A DNA stretch of 64,000 nucleotides from NCBI RefSeq assembly GCF_001194135.2, contig NC_069005.1, positions 9,893,224-9,957,223 on the forward strand, written 5' to 3'. The first letter of the stretch is position 1, and the number at the start of each line of letters is the position of its first letter. Source of the stretch: Octopus bimaculoides (lineage: Eukaryota). The translations under genes and the position numbers were made by a program. The notes under the pieces were generated by a model. It saw nothing but the letters and a program-made list of their open reading frames with translations. It did not search any database and had not been told where the DNA came from. This document shows positions 37,776 to 50,517 of this stretch, one piece after another.

Positions 37776-38148
37776 AAGTTTGAAAGTGACTTCGAAGTTT
37801 CGGATTACCAGAAATGTAGAAAAGATTGCACGATTTGTGTGCATTTGAGCGTATTATCATCATTTTTTGAATGACCTGTTCCTAGTTCGAATTTAACTTT
37901 GGAACCTAAAAGTACATATCTGGAAATAATTACACCTGATGGACGAACGAGAAAAACGATCAGAGAAGAAAGGTTGAGGAGCAAAGAGTGAAAGAAAGAA
38001 AGAAAGAATGTATGGATGAATGAAACGCGGAGAAATTAAGTAAAATAACGAAAAGAAACGAACGAGAAATTGGTAAATGAAAAGAACAGAAAAGGAAAAA
38101 AGGAGGAAACCAACATGACGTAAAGAAACACAATAAAGAAGACGAGAA

Positions 38149-38187
<39 letters not shown>

Positions 38188-39863
38188 GAAAAAAGAGAGA
38201 AAGAAAGAAAAATACAAGAAAATAACGAGAACAACATCAACAATAATATGAAGCTTGGTGAGATAAAATTTAAACGAGAGGAAATTAGTCTGAGGACNNN
38301 NNNNNNNNNNNNNNNNNNNNNNNNNNNNNNNNNNNNNNNNNNNNNNNNNNNNNNNNNNNNNNNNNNNNNNNNNNNNNNNNNNNNNNNNNNNNNNNNNNNN
38401 NNNNNNNNNNNNNNNNNNNNNNNNNNNNNNNNNNNNNNNNNNNNNNNNNNNNNNNNNNNNNNNNNNNNNNNNNNNNNNNNNNNNNNNNNNNNNNNNNNNN
38501 NNNNNNNNNNNNNNNNNNNNNNNNNNNNNNNNNNNNNNNNNNNNNNNNNNNNNNNNNNNNNNNNNNNNNNNNNNNNNNNNNNNNNNNNNNNNNNNNNNNN
38601 NNNNNNNNNNNNNNNNNNNNNNNNNNNNNNNNNNNNNNNNNNNNNNNNNNNNNNNNNNNNNNNNNNNNNNNNNNNNNNNNNNNNNNNNNNNNNNNNNNNN
38701 NNNNNNNNNNNNNNNNNNNNNNNNNNNNNNNNNNNNNNNNNNNNNNNNNNNNNNNNNNNNNNNNNNNNNNNNNNNNNNNNNNNNNNNNNNNNNNNNNNNN
38801 NNNNNNNNNNNNNNNNNNNNNNNNNNNNNNNNNNNNNNNNNNNNNNNNNNNNNNNNNNNNNNNNNNNNNNNNNNNNNNNNNNNNNNNNNNNNNNNNNNNN
38901 NNNNNNNNNNNNNNNNNNNNNNNNNNNNNNNNNNNNNNNNNNNNNNNNNNNNNNNNNNNNNNNNNNNNNNNNNNNNNNNNNNNNNNNNATATATATATAT
39001 ATATATATATATATATACGTGAAGTACACACGTGTGTGTAAAAGAAATTACATTAGCAAGGTGGGGTGGGACTGGAAGAAAGTAGATGAGGTGAAGTTAA
39101 AGGAAAGGGAGGAGGTGTAAACTAAATTATAAATTGGTAATTCCATTAAAGGAATTGATTCCTTGTATCTATTAGAAAAACTGGGTCTTTTTGTTAAAGA
39201 AAGGAAATAGGTAAGTGGAGGAGTTGAGGGCGAGGGTGTTGGTTGTGGTGATGGAGGGGGAGGGGCATAATTGCAGGTATTTCGTACGTCGGAGTTGGAG
39301 GAGAGACACTGAGGAGAGTAAGGGAGGAAAGAGAAAAGAGAGGCGGAGGAGGAAGAGAAGAGAAAGGAGAGAAAAGGGAGCGAGAAAGAGAGAGAAGGAG
39401 AGAGGGGAGAGGCAAAAACAGCAATAACGACAAAAATCACATCTATAACAATAATAACAGTAAAAACAACAGCAATAAAAATGCAATAATAATAATAATA
39501 ATAATAATGATAATAATTCATTCAGTTATTTTTCACAAGGCCCAATGCATTCACGCAAAACGTGTTATAAATGATATTATAGGACATGGGTGCAGTGCAG
39601 TGCAGCATGTGTGTATGTGCGTGTATGTATACACATATACACATACACACACACATACACATACTTTATTTAGGGGTCAAGAAGGCAACCAATGGTTTCA
39701 TGTTAAGACATTTTCATAATCATTCAAGCACGCCGCATGGAAGCGTTGGTATTCGTTTCCATTTCTTTTTCCATGAAACCATAGATTCCCATCGTTCGAT
39801 ATTAGCGCATACATACGTCCATACATACATACATACATACGTATATACATACATACATACGTA

Positions 39864-39897
<34 letters not shown>

Positions 39898-40712
39898 CAT
39901 GCATACATACATATNNNNNNNNNNNNNNNNNNNNNNNNNNNNNNNNNNNNNNNNNNNNNNNNNNNNNNNNNNNNNNNNNNNNNNNNNNNNNNNNNNNNNN
40001 NNNNNNNNNNNNNNNNNNNNNNNNNNNNNNNNNNNNNNNNNNNNNNNNNNNNNNNNNNNNNNNNNNNNNNNNNNNNNNNNNNNNNNNNNNNNNNNNNNNN
40101 NNNNNNNNNNNNNNNNNNNNNNNNNNNNNNNNNNNNNNNNNNNNNNNNNNNNNNNNNNNNNNNNNNNNNNNNNNNNNNNNNNNNNNNNNNNNNNNNNNNN
40201 NNNNNNNNNNNNNNNNNNNNNNNNNNNNNNNNNNNNNNNNNNNNNNNNNNNNNNNNNNNNNNNNNNNNNNNNNNNNNNNNNNNNNNNNNNNNNNNNNNNN
40301 NNNNNNNNNNNNNNNNNNNNNNNNNNNNNNNNNNNNNNNNNNNNNNNNNNNNNNNNNNNNNNNNNNNNNNNNNNNNNNNNNNNNNNNNNNNNNNNNNNNN
40401 NNNNNNNNNNNNNNNNNNNNNNNNNNNNNNNNNNNNNNNNNNNNNNNNNNNNNNNNNNNNNNNNNNNNNNNNNNNNNNNNNNCCCCCCCCCCCAAAAAAA
40501 AAACTACATTTTCGAGACGTGAGCCAAAATAACCTTCTACGAACATGATATTTCAGATGCCTCAGCCTCGTAGATTACTTAAGTATTTCAGGTGACAGTA
40601 ATGGTAATTCACCAATTGACACGAAGTGTAAACAAAACATGTAGAACAATTTCCAACACATCTCAACAAATGGTATTATAGAAACTACGATTGAACTTCT
40701 GAACGAACCTCT

Positions 40713-40996
40713 TTTGCACCGAAGATCGAAAATGTGGTCTTCTGGACGTGCCATCGTTGCTCGTAAAAACGAAAACGTTTCCTTCCGAATTTGCTATTGT
40801 TGCACGTAAAAATGACAATGTAGTCTTCTGAAAGTGCTACCTCTGATATTACAAATAGCAATGCGGTTTTCGGAACGTGCCATTTTTTATCCTAAAAATG
40901 AAAATGTGGCCCTTTAAACGTGCTACTCTTGCTCTTAAAAATGATAGTGTGGCATTCTGAACGTGCCATCCTTGCTCCTTAAAATGACTAATGTGC
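40713..40996 (+). repeat. Diverged 43-bp minisatellite, about 6.5 units
   Basis: Units start at 40713, 40756, 40799, 40842, 40885, 40928 and 40971; the first six are exactly 43 bp and the seventh is partial; consensus approximately CTTGCTCGTAAAAATGAAAATGTGGTCTTCTGAACGTGCCATC. Confidence 0.9.
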
Positions 40997-41109
40997 AGGG
41001 TGTGTATGTCACCGTCATTTGAGAGATACTAAACCCATAGACATTAGTGACAATCTACAACCGAGTGCCCATCATCATCAACCCTGAGTATTACTGTCTC
41101 AAGTCCTAG

Positions 41110-41318
41110 ATTACCGGGTTTCCTTGGTGTATTACTGACCGAGGTCACAACGGCACGGCAGTTCATCACAAGGTTACTCATTTACAGCTGAGTGGACTGG
41201 AGAAACGTGAAATGAAATGCTTTGCTCAAGAACACAACACACAGCCTGTCCGAGAGTCGAAACCACGGTCTTGCGATCGTGAACATACAACACCCTAACC
41301 ACTGGGCCACGTACCTTC
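41110..41318 (-). mobile_element. SINE-D (CORE-like)
   Basis: GGTTACTCATTTACAGCTGAGTGGACTGGAG...TTGCTCAAGAACACAAC...CCCTAACCACTGGGCCAC. Confidence 0.8.
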
Positions 41319-42047
41319 GCACTCATTATGTTGCTACGAAGCTTGTATGCAACAAAAGCCTTTAACGGTACAAGACTAAATGCCCACAAAGGGTTCGTGA
41401 TACCACCAATATACCAACTAGGTCTTCTTCTCTGCAGCGTCAATGCCACAGCTTTATTTTCTATCCTCCACAATTTTAAAATGGCTCCATAATATAGAGG
41501 AGTTGGAAGTCCAATGTGACTCATCCCGGACACAAGATGATTAAGGTCATAGCTGTACCTAATACCTGATCACGAATAACATATAGTTTTTACCTGTAGC
41601 TCAGAAACGGCTAGGACCATTTTTTCTATATTTCACAACACTATACCATTCTTTAGTGACATTAATACGAACTAATTGTTTATGTAACATTTTTTCCCTA
41701 TGAGATGATGTCCACCAAAATTAGTAGTAGTTTTATTAACAGAATTGCAACATAATAACATTGGCAATAACTTAGCAGACTTGTGACGTAACAAATGTAG
41801 CAGTAGCATGAAAGAATGGTTACGTAAGAGAACTGGCAAGACTACGACAAAATTGGATGTAACTGAAAAGAAATGCAACATAAAATTGGCTATAGCACAA
41901 CAGAATCGCAACATAAGAGAACGCAACAAAATTGTAATAACTGAATTGGAAGTAACATAAGCGAGGTGAAACTGAATTAGCAACAGAACGTGTGTTTACC
42001 TATATACATACATACATACACGCATACATGTATATATATATATATAG

Positions 42048-42428
42048 GTGTATGGCGCAACTGTGTAGTTAAGAAGCAGGATTTGCAACGATGTAAGTTT
42101 TGGGTTCAGTCCCACTGCGCGGCACCTTAAGTAAATGTTTTCTACTGTAACTCCAGGCTGACCAATGCCATGTGAGTGAATTAGCTAGATAGTAACTGTG
42201 TGTAAGCCTGTCGTATACAGAAATGTCTGCGTGTATGTGTGTGTGAGCATTTGTGCATTCCCGCTTAATCGCTTAGCAACCGGTGTTGGTTTATCTCCTC
42301 GTAACGTAGCAGCTCGGCAAAAAGGACTGATAGAATAAATACTAGATTTGGAGAAAAAAATACTCGTATCAATTTGTTCAATTAAATCCTTCAACGCGTG
42401 TCCCAGCATGACCGCAGTGAAATAACTG

Positions 42429-42430
<2 letters not shown>
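42048..42430 (+). mobile_element. SINE-A, near full length, diverged
   Basis: GGCGCAACTGTGTAGTTAAG...GGTTCAGTCCCACTGCGCGGCACC...CAGCATGACCGCAG. Confidence 0.75.
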
Positions 42431-42460
<30 letters not shown>

Positions 42461-43346
42461 ATATATACATTATATATATATACATTATANNNNNNNNNNN
42501 NNNNNNNNNNNNNNNNNNNNNNNNNNNNNNNNNNNNNNNNNNNNNNNNNNNNNNNNNNNNNNNNNNNNNNNNNNNNNNNNNNNNNNNNNNNNNNNNNNNN
42601 NNNNNNNNNNNNNNNNNNNNNNNNNNNNNNNNNNNNNNNNNNNNNNNNNNNNNNNNNNNNNNNNNNNNNNNNNNNNNNNNNNNNNNNNNNNNNNNNNNNN
42701 NNNNNNNNNNNNNNNNNNNNNNNNNNNNNNNNNNNNNNNNNNNNNNNNNNNNNNNNNNNNNNNNNNNNNNNNNNNNNNNNNNNNNNNNNNNNNNNNNNNN
42801 NNNNNNNNNNNNNNNNNNNNNNNNNNNNNNNNNNNNNNTATATATATATAAATATAAATATATATATATATTTAAATATATATGTATGTATATATGTGTA
42901 TATATGTATGTATGTCTGTATGTATGTATATTTACAATATAACAAGATATTTTGAGATGTATTCTATGGAATACCCATATGCCTGGTACATATATGAAAT
43001 GTCCCTAGGTAGGTTTCACTTCATTAATTCACGACTAAGTTGAGAACCTCTGGAGATGTTTTATAAACCTCACAAGGAAACAAAATTGGGATCCGCTGTA
43101 ACTATTCTCGTTCAATTTAGTTTCTTTCTTTCTCACTCTCTCCTTCTTTCAATAGACACACACATTTATGAATATGTCGTCCATATTTGCTGCGACTATC
43201 TCAATCCAGAGTACAAATCACAAATCGATTGAGTTAATTTTGTCTCTTATCGATTTGGAATCGATGAACAAAGCGGCAGCGGAGGACGATGGATTTGTGG
43301 AAAGCAAGATCGCCGAAAGACATGCTTTACCGTTTTCGCTTCGGCG

Positions 43347-43674
43347 AAATGGAGCAATAATTAACAATGAGAAGTGGATCATTGGTGTTTTAAAGTCATT
43401 CTTTAATTAAATTAGGAGTATGTTTAATGACTTGTCACTAAAATGTAAGACTACTGCTTTAACGAACTCTTTTTCTCCTTGTTCCCTTCTATTTTACCTT
43501 TGCCTTCTTTTTCCATATAATCGTTCTGAACATGTTTATCAATTATAACGAAGTAAATGCAAATTTACCTCATTTTGATAAATAGAAACAGTTGTAAATT
43601 TACCCCTAATTTGATTAAACAATGATTTTAAAACACCAATTATCCACTTCTCATTGTTAATCATTGCTCCATTT
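43347..43674. mobile_element. MITE-like element with 70-bp terminal inverted repeats
   Basis: 43347-43416 and 43605-43674 are reverse complements with 5 mismatches; 188-bp spacer; no TSD recognised. Confidence 0.8.
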
Positions 43675-43843
43675 CTTATCGTGTCTATATATATTAAACC
43701 ACAGTTTTACCTTTAAATTACCTACTACCGTATACCTTAGAACAAGGACCATTCATACTATGGCAATTACCAGAAGTGCCTATGGATACATGTAACCCTT
43801 AGATAGTTGCGTAACCTCTAACTTATATCCTACTTAATCTATA

Positions 43844-43882
<39 letters not shown>

Positions 43883-43927
43883 TTTGCTGTCTCTCTGACT
43901 CTCTCTGTATATATATATATATATATA

Positions 43928-43939
43928 TACTAGCAGTAT
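43928..43939 (-). mobile_element. Possible Helitron 3' terminus next to a gap
   Basis: (TA)n-ACTAGCAGTAT resembles the ACTAGCAG terminus at 31821; the rest is hidden by Ns. Confidence 0.35.
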
Positions 43940-43979
43940 NNNNNNNNNNNNNNNNNNNNNNNNNNNNNNNNNNNNNNNN

Positions 43980-44023
<44 letters not shown>

Positions 44024-44029
44024 TATATA

Positions 44030-44250
44030 TGTTTGTGTGTCTTTCTGTCTGTTTGTCCTCCAACTATTGCTTGGCAACCGATGCTGGAGCGTTTGCATCC
44101 TCGTGACTTAACAAAAGAGGCCGATAGAATAAGTACTAGGCTTACAAAGAATAAGTCCTGGGGTAGATTCGGTCGACTAAAAGGCGGTACTCCAGCATGG
44201 CCACAGTCAAATGACTGAAACAAGTAAAAGAGTAAAAGAGTAAAGAATAT
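44030..44250 (+). mobile_element. SINE-A 3' half
   Basis: TTTGTCC...GCAACCGATGCTGG...GAATAAGTCCTGGGG...CAGCATGGCCACAGTCAAATGACTGAAACAAGTAAAAGAGTAAAAGAG. Confidence 0.85.
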
Positions 44251-45591
44251 ATAAAAGTGAGTAGTTCTATACGTGGTCGGTGGATCTGCTAGAAATGCCA
44301 GCCAAAATCATAAGGCTAATCAATCAGTGTTGTTATATGTTATGAGCTAAACAACAACTTGAACACCAATGGTAGCAACAAGCCGTTATCGATACACGTA
44401 TTGATTTATTCCATAGTAAACACATGAGGCCAGATTTCAAAAGAGTGCGGTGCAGTTGAGTATATCGATCCCAATACTCACCAAGTATTTGTATTATCGA
44501 CTTCCGGTCTATTATTAAAGGTAAAGTCGACCTCACAAGGAATTTGATATGAGCGCGGGATTATGATTAGAAAGGAGCATGGCTGAATAATGCATGACAT
44601 TTAGCCTGACACTATAACACTTATGTTAATAAACTTATGTGTGCGTGTATATATGTGTGCGTGTATATATATATATATANNNNNNNNNNNNNNNNNNNNN
44701 NNNNNNNNNNNNNNNNNNNNNNNNNNNNNNNNNNNNNNNNNNNNNNNNNNNNNNNNNNNNNNNNNNNNNNNNNNNNNNNNNNNNNNNNNNNNNNNNNNNN
44801 NNNNNNNNNNNNNNNNNNNNNNNNNNNNNNNNNNNNNNNNNNNNNNNNNNNNNNNNNNNNNNNNNNNNNNNNNNNNNNNNNNNNNNNNNNNNNNNNNNNN
44901 NNNNNNNNNNNNNNNNNNNNNNNNNNNNNNNNNNNNNNNNNNNNNNNNNNNNNNNNNNNNNNNNNNNNNNNNNNNNNNNNNNNNNNNNNNNNNNNNNNNN
45001 NNNNNNNNNNNNNNNNNNNNNNNNNNNNNNNNNNNNNNNNNNNNNNNNNNNNNNNNNNNNNNNNNNNNNNNNNNNNNNNNNNNNNNNNNNNNNNNNNNNN
45101 NNNNNNNNNNNNNNNNNNNNNNNNNNNNNNNNNNNNNNNNNNNNNNNNNNNNNNNNNNNNNNNNNNNNNNNNNNNNNNNNNNNNNNNNNNNNNNNNNNNN
45201 NNNNNNNNNNNNNNNNNNNNNNNNNNNNNNNNNNNNNNNNNNNNNNNNNNNNNNNNNNNNNNNNNNNNNNNNNNNNNNNNNNNNNNNNNNNNNNNNNNNN
45301 NNNNNNNNNNNNNNNNNNNNNNNNNNNNNNNNNNNNNNNNNNNNNNNNNNNNNNNNNNNNNNNNNNNNNNNNNNNNNNNNNNNNNNNNNNNNNNNNNNNN
45401 NNNNNNNNNNNNNNNNNNNNNNNNNNNNNNNNNNNNNNNNNNNNNNNNNNNNNNNNNNNNNNNNNNNNNNNNNNNNNNNNNNNNNNNNNNNNNNNNNNNN
45501 NNNNNNNNNNNNNNNNNNNNNNNNNNNNNNNNNNNNNNNNNNNNNNNNNNNNNNNNNNNNNNNNNNNNNNNNNNNNNNNNNNNNNNNNNNN

Positions 45592-45627
<36 letters not shown>

Positions 45628-46312
45628 CTGTCGTTTGTTCGTTTGAAAAGAATATATTATTTAGTTATCTATAATAACCTCCATCACTCCCACCACCAAC
45701 AACACAACCACCGCCATTTTAAATCATTATCAGAGCTTTTGAACGCTGCATTTCTTGAGAAGCTCTTCTCTCTCATGTTTCATACGCACGTGAATAGAGA
45801 ACGGACAGAAGCAGATGATGCCTGCAGTTTCCGGTGGTGGTGTAAGTTAGGCCCTGTACATTATATATATATATATATATATATACTCTCTTTTATCTCT
45901 CACTTGTTTCAATCATTGGACTGCGGATATGCTGAGGTGCTGCCTTCATGTGTTTAGTCGTAGAGTACTAAATGCCATAGTAGAGATTAATATATTTTAC
46001 TTTGGTTGAGACTGTCTCTTACTAATACGCGTTCACCTATAGGTACAAAGGGTCGTTACTTGAAGATCTAGTACACCCACACGTGAAACACAGACTTGTA
46101 AGAGACCGATTCAACCAAAATACTACTACTACTACTATTACTACTACTACTACTCTACGACAGACTGGCGTTCCGTTCAGGAAGTATGTTGATATTTCGA
46201 CCAATTCCATGCCGTGGCAGAAATCGGGTAACAGCCTTGAGTATCTTCTGCTATAGCCTCAGGGAGACCAAGGCCTTGTTTAGCGAATCTGGTAGGCAGA
46301 AACTGAGTGTAA

Positions 46313-46548
46313 GGCGGTGAGCTGACAGAAACGTTAGCACGCCGGGCGAAATGCTTAGCGGAATTTCGTCTGTCTTTATGTTCTGAGTTTAAATTCCGCC
46401 GAGGCCGACTTTGCCTTTCATCCTTTCGGGGTCGATACATTAAGTACCAGTTACGCACTGGGGTCGATCTTGTCGACTTAATCTCTTTGTCTGTCCTTGT
46501 TTGTCCCCTCTGTGTGTAGCCCCTTGTGGGCAATAAAGAAATAAGAAA
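46313..46548 (+). mobile_element. Full-length solitary SINE-B (reference copy)
   Basis: GGCGGTGAGCTGACAGAAACGTTAGC (A-box region), GAGTTTAAATTCC (B box), central GCCTTTCATCCTTTCGGGGTCGAT..AAGTACCAG, tail GGGCAATAAAGAAATAAGAA. Confidence 0.9.
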
Positions 46549-46645
46549 CAGTGTGGAAGCCGTCATGTATGCATGTATGTATGCATGCATGCATGTATGT
46601 ATGCATGCATATATGAATGCGTGCATGTATGTATGTATGTATGTA

Positions 46646-46863
46646 TGAAGGGGTTCGAAAACGTTCCTGGCTTTAAGATTATCGCGAAAGGCATGGCTGG
46701 ATGCACAACTTTCCGGGTTATTTTACAGGGCTAAGGAAAAACTGAAGGGCCTGTGCAAGAAGTGTGTGAATCTGAGAAGGGACCATGTTGAATAAAATCA
46801 TAATTAACTGATCCACCTGTATTTTCTTTTACCCAAAGCTAGGAACTGTTCAGCACCCCCTCG
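46646..46863 (+). mobile_element. Mariner-derived MITE (218 bp) flanked by TA
   Basis: Ends TGAAGGGGTTCGAAAACGTTCCTGGCTTT and AAAGCTAGGAACTGTTCAGCACCCCCTCG are inverted; TA on both sides; internal LCKKCVNLRRDHVE* resembles the mariner C-terminus (KCIELKGDYVE*). Confidence 0.85.
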
Positions 46864-47589
46864 TATATACAGGTGTAGTGTGTGTTTGTCTCCCACACCG
46901 CATGCCAAGCGGTGCTGGTTTGTTTACGGTCACGTGATTTAACACCCAAATTTGAAACCAATATTTGTCCGATTCTGCCAAAAATATTCGCTATTCAAGA
47001 CGTTTGAAGGACATTTGGTGCACATTTCTAGCAAGTCGAGCGACCACCTAAGGGTTACTTCGTTGTTCTGTACACGTTTTCTTCATATTTACGTAATTCG
47101 ATTTATCAATATTTCTTCAAGTCACTGCTTTATTTCCTTTTACTTTTAACCTTTTCATGTTCCCCCAACATTAAATACGTTTTTCCACCCATTTAAATAT
47201 CTATCGTCTAGTCGGTCCGATAGATAATGACACACAGACGAAAGCATTAGTGGAATTGATACGAAACTTCCATTGAGAGATAGCAGTGAAAAATCATACA
47301 ACGAAGCACTTTAGAAATATTTGATAATGGAGACAAATTTAAAAGAAAATTCTGCGACATCATTCTGGCATCTTCGTTCTAGAAACATAAGTTATTGTTG
47401 TCATTTTTGATGTTTAACCCTGGGTTAACTTTGATCGAACAGACCAATGGCCTATGATGATCTAAACGTGTTCATCTATATGTTTCTCTAATGTACAGGT
47501 AATCCAGGACAGCATAGTCCACCGTGTTCATTCCTAAGACGGTGGAATGTGATCCGAAGAAGACGTAGTTTTAACATGTAGCAGGTAGT

Positions 47590-48965
47590 AAGGCAACGAG
47601 CTGGCAGAATCTTTAGCACGACGAGGTCGACTTTGCCTTTCATCCTTCCGGGGTCGATAAATCAAGTCACAGTTACGCACTGGGGTCGATGTAATCAACT
47701 TAATCCCTTTGTCTGTCCTTGTTTATCCCCTCTATATTTATCCCCTTGTGGGCAATAAAGAAATAAGAATCTTTAGCACGCCGAGCAAGATGTTTAGCGG
47801 TATTTCGTCCGTCTTGTGTTCTGAGTTCAAATTCCGCCAAGGTCGACTTTCATGATTTTGTGGTCGATAAAATAAGTACAAGTCCGCAACGTGTAGTTTT
47901 TTAATCAACCCCAAAAGGATAACAAGTAAATTCAACCTCGGTGGAATTTGAACTCAAAACGTAAAGAGCCGGAAGAAATGCAGCTATACATACATTTGTA
48001 ATGATTCAACAAGCTTACTGCCTTAATATTTGTTCTGAAGTTTGGCATAAGGCCAACAAGTTCAGGGACGTGGGGTGAGTCGATTACATCGACCCCAGTA
48101 CTCAACTGGTACTTATTTTATCGACGCTGAAGGGATGAAAAAAGGCAAAGTGGATCTCGGTGGAATTTGACAAACGAAATACCGCTGAGCATTTTGCCCG
48201 GTATGCTGACGTTTTCTTTTCTTCTCTAGGCACAACATCCGAAATTTTTTGGAGGGAGGGGCCAGTCGATTAGATCGACTCCAGTATGCAACTGGTACTT
48301 AATTTATCCACCCCGAAAGGATGAAAGGCAAATTTAACTTCGGCGGAATTTGAACTGGGAACGTAACGACAGACGAAATCCCGAGAAGCATTTCGACCGA
48401 CGTACTAACGTTTCTTATTTCGTTATTGCCCACAAGGGGCTAAACACAGAGGGGACAAACAAGGACAGGCAAAGGGATTAAGTTGATTAAATCGACCCCA
48501 GTGCGTAACTGGTACTTAATTTATCGACCCCGAAAGGATGAAAGGCAAAGTTGACCACGGCGGAATTTGAACTCAGAACATAACGGCAGACGAAATACTG
48601 CTAAGCATTTCCCCCTGGCGTGCTAACGTTTTTGCCAGCTCGCCCTCTTAGAAATAATTATTAGAATTACCCATTAAAGAAAAAAACATATCTTCAAACA
48701 ATAGGTACAGGGTTCAAATACCATAGAAAATAATAAATTCTTTCATCGTTTGACGTTTAAATCTGTTAATATTTCGAAAATATTCAGCTAAGAATTGGAT
48801 TGTTAAGGGTTGTAAAACAAAGGGGAGAAACAAGGATAGGCAAAGGGATTAAGTTGATTACATCGACCCCAGTGCGTAATTGGTAATTATTTAATCTAAC
48901 CCGAAAGGATGAAAGGCAAAATCGACCTCGGCGGAATTTGAACTAAGAACGTAACGGTAGACGAA
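47590..48965. mobile_element. Dense SINE-B cluster: plus-strand nested pair, minus-strand trimer and fragments
   Basis: About seven partial or full copies; tail-to-A-box junctions at about 47768, 48215 and 48413. Confidence 0.9.
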
Positions 48966-49254
48966 AAAAGGTGAAATATATTGAAGCATTTCAGAAATTA
49001 AGAGTCCGATTTGTAAATTATGAAATTTGAAAAGTCGATAAATATAAATGAATTTTTATGTGAAACAATGAAAATGTAAGTTATTTTATTCTTTTTTTTT
49101 TATTTCCCGTGGTATATGAAACCGTGTATAAACTTTATGAAAATTTAATATTCAATTGTGATATTTTGATAACGACAGCGTTCCAGATGTATGTTGTTTA
49201 TATATGTTTGTCCGGTTGTCTATATATATGTGTGTATTTATGTATATGTACAAT

Positions 49255-49640
49255 ACAGCGTGACTGTGTGGTAAGAAGATTGCTTCTCAGTCACATGGTT
49301 CTGGGTTCAGTTCCACCGCATGGCACCTTGGGCAAGTGTCTTCTACTATAGCCTTGGGCCGGCCAAAGCTTTTAAAGTGGATTTGTTAGACGGAAACTGA
49401 AAGAAGACCGTCGTATATACATATATGTGTGTGTGTTTTTGTGTCTGTGTCCCCCCCCCCTCCATCATTGCTCAACAACCGGTGTTGGTGTGATCTATGA
49501 CACCGTAACTTAGCGGTTCGGCAAGATAACCGATAGAGTAAGTATTAGGCTTTAGAAAAACAAGTCTCGACTAAAATACTTCAAGGCGGTGCTCCAGCAT
49601 TGCCGCAGACTAATGACTGAAACAAAATAAAAGATAAAAG
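49255..49640 (+). mobile_element. Full-length SINE-A
   Basis: GCGTGACTGTGTGGTAAG...GGTTCAGTTCC...GGAAACTGAAAGAAGACCGTCG...AATGACTGAAACAAAATAAAAGATAAAAG. Confidence 0.9.
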
Positions 49641-49714
<74 letters not shown>

Positions 49715-49804
49715 AAATATACATAGTACATGTATGTATGTATGTATGCATGTATGTATGCATGAATGAATGAATATATGTGTGCACAATACGCATGTGT
49801 GTCT

Positions 49805-50517
49805 AATGGTTTCAAATTTCGGCACACAAGCAGCTATTGTTCGGGGAAGGGATTAAGTGGATTTCATCGACGCCAGTGCACAACTGGTACTTTATTTTAT
49901 CGACTCTAAAAGGATGAAAAACAATGTAGGCACTTAGAAAATAATGAACAGAAAGAAATTCTGCTGAGCATTTTGTACGACGCGGTAAAGACTCAATCAG
50001 TTTGCCACCTTAATGAGTGCATTTACATTGAAAATTATACCTGCACACATTGTATGAAGTTTGAGCAATGTTGTATATTCTTTTCTACTCCAGGCACAAA
50101 GCCCGAAATTTTGGGGGAGAGGGCTAGTCGATTAGATCGACCCAGTACAGAACTGGTATTTAATTTATTGATGAAAGACAAAGTCGACCTCGGTGGGATT
50201 TGAACTCGGAACGTAAAGACAGACGAAATACCGCTAAGCATTTCGCCCGGTGTGCTAATGATTCTTATTTCTTTATTGCCCACAAGGAGCTAAACATAGA
50301 GGGGACAAACAAGGAGAGACAAAGGGATTAAGTGGATTACATCGACCCTTGTGCGTAACTGGTACTTAATTTATCGACTCCGAAAGGATGAAAGGCAAAG
50401 TCGACCTCGGCGGAATTTGAACTCTGGCATTCGCCGGCGTGCTAATGATTCTTAATTCTTTATTTCCCACAAGGAGCTAAACATAGAGGGGACAAACAAG
50501 GACAGACAAAGGGATTA
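49805..50517 (-). mobile_element. SINE-B cluster, chain of at least three copies running into a gap
   Basis: Junctions at about 50263 and 50451, both preceded by the same variant GTGCTAATGATTCT. Confidence 0.85.
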
